Shown piece by piece: positions 27,177-32,000 of a stretch of DNA of 32,000 nt. Made by a program: the position numbers and the translations under genes. Under the pieces are notes generated by a model. That model was not told the origin of the DNA and searched no databases. It saw only the letters and a program-made list of their open reading frames with translations. Source of the stretch: Vibrio vulnificus CMCP6 (lineage in GTDB: Bacteria; Pseudomonadota; Gammaproteobacteria; Enterobacterales; Vibrionaceae). Numbering within the stretch: position 1 is the first letter of the stretch; every line of letters starts with the position of its first letter. The DNA is taken from the NCBI RefSeq assembly GCF_000039765.1, contig NC_004459.3:2361127-2393126 (forward strand), written 5' to 3'.

Positions 27177-27192
27177 CGCAACGCGTGTTGCG
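27177..27192. promoter_or_regulatory. Palindromic element in the speA/HAD-hydrolase divergent intergenic region
   Basis: CGCAAC-GCGT-GTTGCG perfect 6-bp arms. Confidence 0.35.
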
Positions 27193-27304
27193 CGAATTAA
27201 CGGACAATTTATCACTTGAGTCTAATGAATAAAATTGATTATTACGACAAGAGTTTATTATTGAGAGGTTGGTAAAAAGGCCAGCGAATTTTCATGGAGG
27301 AACA

Positions 27305-27781
27305 ATGCATAAAGCGATCTTGTTTGATTGGGGAGATACTCTCATGATTGATGACAAAACTCAGCAAGGAAAGATGAGGTATTGGGATAAAATTCAATTG
27401 GTTAATGGTGCTTCTGAGACCTTAAGAAAACTGAGCTCTGTCTATCCACTTTACGTTGCAACCGGTGCTGGCGATTCAACAATTAAAGATATTCATGCAG
27501 CATTTGCACGTGCTGAAATCGATGTTTTCATTAAAGGCTATTTTAATCGGCAAAACATTCCGTTTCTCAAAGGCTCAAGTGACTTTTATCTCGCCATTTC
27601 CTCTGCGCTGGGGGTAAAGCCCCAAGAGCTTTGTATGATTGGAGACAGTCTAGATAAGGACATCATTCCAGCCAAGCAGGCTGGGCTTTCCGCCATTTGG
27701 TTAAATCATCACCGGCATACACCGCCGCCTCAGATCGTGGCCATAACCCAGTTGCAGGCGCTTGAAAATTTGTTGTTATAA
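27305..27781 (+). CDS. HAD superfamily hydrolase
   Basis: Motif I ILFDWGDTL, motif II region VATGAG, motif IV GDSLDKDIIPAKQAG; ATG 27305 with SD GGAGG. Confidence 0.85.
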   Translation: MHKAILFDWGDTLMIDDKTQQGKMRYWDKIQLVNGASETLRKLSSVYPLYVATGAGDSTIKDIHAAFARAEIDVFIKGYFNRQNIPFLKGSSDFYLAISSALGVKPQELCMIGDSLDKDIIPAKQAGLSAIWLNHHRHTPPPQIVAITQLQALENLLL

Positions 27782-27897
27782 AAGAGGGCTGCAACGAAAA
27801 GCGGTAGGTCAAATCAAAACAACCGAGTGAAGACGCTGTCATGGCTGCTCCCCCGATTGTTTGATTGTGAGACTAAATCAAGTTAGCTCAGCCACGG

Positions 27898-28728
27898 CTA
27901 AGCGGCCACCATTTGCATTGCCAAATCACGCCCGTTTCCTCTCACTTTATCTATCTTGTCGACAAAAGCGGCGGAGATACACAGCAGCCGTGAATCGGGA
28001 TGATTGGCTAGGAAATGTGCTTTTTCACTGGGATCTTTAAAATCATCCCAACTTTTGTTTATTGCACGAGCGAAATGGATAATGGTCGCGAGCTTTGGTG
28101 ATACATCGGCCTCTCTGGGTTCATGGAAATGTTCAATTGCATCCGCCATCTCTTCAGGAAACTTCCAACTTCGTGCCAATTTGGCCCCTAATGTTGGTGA
28201 TGAAACATTCAGTAGCTCTTCTTGTACTGCAATGGCGTCTGCCCCTTTATTAACGCGTTGATTAATCTCTACGGCTTGTTCGGGTACTAACGTGTGGATC
28301 ATCAACTCGCCAATGTTGTGCAAGACTCCAGTGGTAAAGGTTTCATTGACGTCCATTCCCGCTTCTGCCGCCAATTTGGACGAGATGACCGAAACCTCGA
28401 AGGTGTCGGTCCAGTATTTTTCCATATCTAAGGTCTTGACCCGCGGGAAAGCGCTAGAAAGTACCGAGGCGACCACTAACGTTCTCACGGGGCCCGTGCC
28501 GACACGAATCAAAGCATCATTGATGGTGGCGATGGATTTCGTACCACCAAAGTGGGCGGAATTGGCCATACGTAGCAATCGGGCGCTGAGCACTTGATCC
28601 ATCGATATCTTTTTCGCTAAAGCGCCAAAGTTAACCTCTTCTTGGTTAACCATCTCCAGTAATTCTTGCAGCAGACTTTGAATACGTGGTAATTCATTTA
28701 ATCGAGTTATTAACGCAGCCTGACTCAT
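27898..28728 (-). CDS. HDOD domain protein (stand-alone signalling protein)
   Basis: LPRIQSLLQELLEMV..., ILRMANSAHFG-like segment LLRMANSAHFGG, TGVLHNIGELM; start MSQAALITRL at 28728 with SD GAGGAG. Confidence 0.85.
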   Translation of the reverse strand: MSQAALITRLNELPRIQSLLQELLEMVNQEEVNFGALAKKISMDQVLSARLLRMANSAHFGGTKSIATINDALIRVGTGPVRTLVVASVLSSAFPRVKTLDMEKYWTDTFEVSVISSKLAAEAGMDVNETFTTGVLHNIGELMIHTLVPEQAVEINQRVNKGADAIAVQEELLNVSSPTLGAKLARSWKFPEEMADAIEHFHEPREADVSPKLATIIHFARAINKSWDDFKDPSEKAHFLANHPDSRLLCISAAFVDKIDKVRGNGRDLAMQMVAA

Positions 28729-28942
28729 GATCATTCTCCTCAATGCTCAGCATAATGAGCGTTAGCCATTTGAATATAGGTCAGGTCATTTGATATTTAC
28801 AAAAAAGTAAATAATAACGATGGTGGCCCTTGATGCCCGTATGGGGAGGTAAATCAGAGCAGTGACTTCGCAGCGTTAACTGTGCTGAGAAAAGCGCTTA
28901 AACCACTTGGAAGTGAAACAATGGATAATCAGTGAGGCAAGG

Positions 28943-29515
28943 ATGAACATTGGAATTTATATTTATGATGAGGCGGAGGTCCTCGATTTTTCAGGGCCAT
29001 TTGAAGTGTTTTCAACCGCCAACCGTTTTGGTGAAAACCATTGGCAAGTCGCATTGATTGGCGAAACAGGCAAGCCGGTGAAAGGGCGAGGTGGCTTCTA
29101 TGTTCAGCCTCACTATTCCATCGACAATCACCCTCACTTAGATTTGCTTTTGGTTGTAGGGGGCGATCATCGTGATGAAGTCAAGAAACGCAATGTTGTC
29201 AACTGGATCGGTACAACGGCAATGCAGGCGAGTTTAGTCGCCTCCGTGTGTACCGGAAGCTTTCTGCTGGCGGAAGCTGGCTTGCTTGATGGTTTGCAAG
29301 TCACGACGCATTGGGAAGACATCGAAGATTTAAAACAACGTTACCCCAAGCTGACGGTTTTGTCGCAACGACGTTGGGTGGATAGCGGAAAGTACACCAC
29401 CAGTGGTGGCATTTCTGCTGGTATAGATATGAGCCTCTATTTGGTCGCCAAGTTGAAAGGCGAGGGTTTGGCTCGTCAGACGGCCAAGCAAATGGAGTAT
29501 CAGTGGAATCAATAA
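28943..29515 (+). CDS. DJ-1/PfpI family (GATase1-like) protein
   Basis: MNIGIYIYDEAEVLDFSGPFEVF, nucleophile elbow ASVCTGSFLLAEAGLL, GLQVTTHW; start 28943. Confidence 0.85.
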   Translation: MNIGIYIYDEAEVLDFSGPFEVFSTANRFGENHWQVALIGETGKPVKGRGGFYVQPHYSIDNHPHLDLLLVVGGDHRDEVKKRNVVNWIGTTAMQASLVASVCTGSFLLAEAGLLDGLQVTTHWEDIEDLKQRYPKLTVLSQRRWVDSGKYTTSGGISAGIDMSLYLVAKLKGEGLARQTAKQMEYQWNQ

Positions 29516-30066
29516 TGAGGTCATCAGTGACAAATGTGGAGCAAGGGCGTTTTCATTTGAGAATGCTAAGTGGTAGCGATGACGCATCGCTGCTGGTATT
29601 TGAATACGAAAATCGCCATTGGTTTGAGCGTTTCATCACACCGCGAGACGCGTCGATGTTTTCTGAGCAGGGGATCCGAAAACACATCGATTATTGTTTA
29701 TCAGAATACCAACACAAGCGAATGCTACCGATGATTGTTGAATCGGATGAGGGTGCCATTGTGGGGCGCGTGAATTTTCACGACATCAAGTTTAACCGTG
29801 GCGTTGCGACGCTCGGTTATCGATTTTCTGAAGAGAGTGCAGGAAAAGGCATTGCTACACAAATGGTGACGAAATCGATGGTGGTATTGGAAAACTTAGG
29901 CTTTAGAAGCGTGCTTGCCGTGGTTGCCTCTGATAATTTTGCATCGCAAAGAGTGCTCGAAAAGTGTGGTTTTAGGCAGATGAACTTGATCGCAAATTAT
30001 GTGATCTTGCATGGTCAATCGGTCGATTGTTTTCGATATCTGTATCAATTTAAGGTTAAAAAGTAG
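29515..30066 (+). CDS. GNAT family N-acetyltransferase (RimJ/RimL-like); start codon ambiguous (29515 ATG or downstream GTG)
   Basis: Acetyl-CoA-binding-like GYRFSEESAGKGIATQMVTKSMVVLENLGFRSVLAVVASDNFASQRVLEKCGFRQ. Confidence 0.82.
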   Translation: MRSSVTNVEQGRFHLRMLSGSDDASLLVFEYENRHWFERFITPRDASMFSEQGIRKHIDYCLSEYQHKRMLPMIVESDEGAIVGRVNFHDIKFNRGVATLGYRFSEESAGKGIATQMVTKSMVVLENLGFRSVLAVVASDNFASQRVLEKCGFRQMNLIANYVILHGQSVDCFRYLYQFKVKK

Positions 30067-30317
30067 CCACACTTAACAGAAATTAGAAAAAATACTCTAA
30101 ATGATGAAATTAGAGGATGATGTTCTCTTTGTTATTGTTTTTAATGAATAAACGAGATAACTACTTAAAATGTGTGTGTTTGGTGATATTTGTTCCATAA
30201 ATGATAAAACACGTTTTTGAGCACATTATTTATAACTAAATCAACATAAATAGTTGCGAAAGATTTGGAACTGGTTACAAATGTAGCCCGGAAATACTAA
30301 TAATAGGGAAAGAAGAT

Positions 30318-31127
30318 ATGCAAGATACCACTCCCGAGTATCTGTTGGCTGCTTTAAGACAGGCGATCAAAAGCAAGGGGCTGACATATCGAGAGTTGTC
30401 TGACAGGTTAGGAATACCTCTTTCTACGTTTAAAAGACACCTTTATAGCTCGAACATTTCGCTCGATAAGCTGCTGGAATATTGCCGTGAGACAGATACT
30501 TCGCTAGAAGAGCTGCAAAAATTGGCGGTTCAGTTACAAACTAACGATGAAAATTACTTCAGTCACACTCAAGACGAAGTGTTTTTCAATTTTCCGGAAC
30601 TTTACGACTTTTACCGAGAAATTCGTCATTTGCGCGATAAAGACGGATTTCGTTGGATGAAAGAAAAACATGGGCTTGATGAATCAACCACTTACTCCTA
30701 TTTCCGTGCTTTGGAAATGTTAGGTTTGATCAAGTTAAGTGAAGATCACAAGTTCAGTTTGATAGGTCCAATGTACTATCGTTTTGCGGACAACTCTAAG
30801 CTCAACAAAAAGTACACACAAACACTGAAAGAGCAGACTACGGCGTACAAAGATTGCGTCAAAATTGGTTTTTCACGTATGAATTTGACCGATGACCAAC
30901 TTAAAGCGATTGGTAAAGTGATTGCCAAAGAAGTGCTGAAGTATCATAGCGAAAACATGGCGGAAGGTAATTTTGAAGTGTCTGATTTCAAAAACGTGCT
31001 CTTGATCGCGAGCCCGCATGAGCCGTTGATGTTCTCTGATGGCATTGGAAAACTGCCAAGTGATTTCTTAAACCAAATCAAAGATGCAATTGACAAATCA
31101 GGCGATAAGCCGAGTCTTGCTCTCTAG
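30318..31127 (+). CDS. HTH (Cro/CI-type N-terminus) transcriptional regulator with additional C-terminal region of unknown family
   Basis: YLLAALRQAIKSKGLTYRELSDRLGIPLSTFKRHLYSS (HTH), followed by a second DNA-binding-like helical segment (DESTTYSYFRALEMLGLIKLSEDHKFSL); SD GGGAAAGAAG. Confidence 0.75.
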   Translation: MQDTTPEYLLAALRQAIKSKGLTYRELSDRLGIPLSTFKRHLYSSNISLDKLLEYCRETDTSLEELQKLAVQLQTNDENYFSHTQDEVFFNFPELYDFYREIRHLRDKDGFRWMKEKHGLDESTTYSYFRALEMLGLIKLSEDHKFSLIGPMYYRFADNSKLNKKYTQTLKEQTTAYKDCVKIGFSRMNLTDDQLKAIGKVIAKEVLKYHSENMAEGNFEVSDFKNVLLIASPHEPLMFSDGIGKLPSDFLNQIKDAIDKSGDKPSLAL

Positions 31128-31171
31128 AGTGGGATAAACGAACTCTTTGGCTATCTTGAATGAAAACTAAA

Positions 31172-31204
31172 AAAGAGCCGTCACATGAAGCGGGGCGGCT
31201 CTTT
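31172..31204. terminator. Bidirectional rho-independent terminator between convergent genes
   Basis: AAAGAGCCG ... CGGCTCTTT 9-bp stem; T-tract on the minus strand, GTTTTA on the plus strand. Confidence 0.7.
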
Positions 31205-31230
31205 GTTTTACTGACGTTGTTACTTTGTAC

Positions 31231-32000
31231 TTAATCCATTACGGGCAACTGCTCAATGGAGCGACGGTAGCGACGGTACTCACCAGAATTCCATAGCCAG
31301 ATGCTTTCCACTGGAATAGCGTAATATTGTGCGTAGTCTGGATTCTTCTTAATCTGTTCCTCGATATCTTTTTCAGCTTGTGCGGAAAAGGCAATTAGAT
31401 TTTCAAGGTATTCAGGAGCACTTTCTTTATTGGCATCAATAGCTTGCCAAGCGACCAAAAGGTCGTTTTGCTTGTGACAGCCATTGGCAGCATCTTGCCC
31501 TTTAGGGTAGTAGCAGTTGTTTGTCTTATCATGGACAAATTTTGGGCTAAAGGGGTTAAATAAGCTGTTAAATGAGCTAGCACCATTCAGTACTTCAACG
31601 GTGTTACTGTCTCGCAACAAATACAATGTAGCGTCCTTTTGTGAACGGATACCTAACTTAGCAAAGTTAAGGTATGTATTTACTGGATTAGGCAAATTAT
31701 TCAAAAGCTCAAGGTGTAGCTCTCTTCCATCAATAAACATGGCTTTTTTAGCAATCTCTTTTGCCAGACCATTGCGACGTGTCACCATGTATTTACGTGC
31801 TTTCCAAGTAAATTCGTAACCGCCTTTCAAGTCGACAGATAAGCTTGGTTTCGTCAGAGTAATATCGTCGATCAAATGTTGCGAGCTATCAGAAAGCCCA
31901 TACTCTTCAGCTTGGCCGAATGCCACTAAGTTGGTCAGCAACGCATTAAAATATGGTGTTACGGTGCTCTGTGACAACTGGAAGTAGCTTTTAATACCAT
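31231..32000 (-). CDS. Hypothetical protein, N-terminus beyond window edge
   Basis: Reading frame open through the window edge (upstream of the track's TTG start it reads ..GIKSYFQLSQSTVTPYF..), so 31977 is probably not the real start. Family not recognised. Confidence 0.65.
   Translation of the reverse strand, partial: GIKSYFQLSQSTVTPYFNALLTNLVAFGQAEEYGLSDSSQHLIDDITLTKPSLSVDLKGGYEFTWKARKYMVTRRNGLAKEIAKKAMFIDGRELHLELLNNLPNPVNTYLNFAKLGIRSQKDATLYLLRDSNTVEVLNGASSFNSLFNPFSPKFVHDKTNNCYYPKGQDAANGCHKQNDLLVAWQAIDANKESAPEYLENLIAFSAQAEKDIEEQIKKNPDYAQYYAIPVESIWLWNSGEYRRYRRSIEQLPVMD

Noticed and set aside
30095-30115. Inverted repeat CTCTAA-ATGATGAAA-TTAGAG after the GNAT gene as a terminator
   Set aside because: Only 6 AT-rich base pairs, no T-tract; not distinguishable from chance.
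1-32000. CRISPR arrays, tRNA/rRNA genes, IS elements/transposases, prophage genes, restriction-modification or retron-like modules
   Set aside because: Looked for repeat arrays, integrase/transposase motifs, RT motifs and nuclease/toxin pairs in the translated ORFs and intergenic regions; none were seen.

Overview
This is a dense 32 kb window of Vibrio-like gammaproteobacterial chromosome (genus inferred from protein similarity only). From left to right it contains: the 3' part of a tad/flp pilus assembly locus (tadZ fragment, tadA, B, C, D, E, F, G); azoR-like azoreductase and a large multidomain GH18 chitinase (both minus strand); the DEAH helicase hrpA; a small outer-membrane beta-barrel protein; several small hypothetical proteins; an OsmC-family protein; a lipase plus its foldase; emrD; a co-directional group of PstS-like protein, porin-like protein and MCP; speA-speB; a HAD hydrolase; an HDOD protein; a DJ-1/PfpI protein plus a GNAT acetyltransferase; an HTH regulator; and an unknown CDS truncated at the right edge. 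I found no CRISPR array, transposase, prophage, restriction-modification or obvious defence/toxin cassette, and nothing I would claim as a clearly new multi-gene system. The observations most worth a second look are regulatory or small-scale: (i) short ORFs (<60 aa, so absent from the supplied track) with strong Shine-Dalgarno sequences upstream of hrpA and between emrD and the MCP/porin operon, the latter with an AUGA/A6 recoding-like start; (ii) a 9-bp inverted repeat that could sequester the lipA ribosome-binding site; (iii) a 22-bp quasi-palindrome upstream of the MCP/porin/PstS-like gene group, and the composition of that group; (iv) an uncharacterised HTH regulator convergent with an unknown gene at the right edge.
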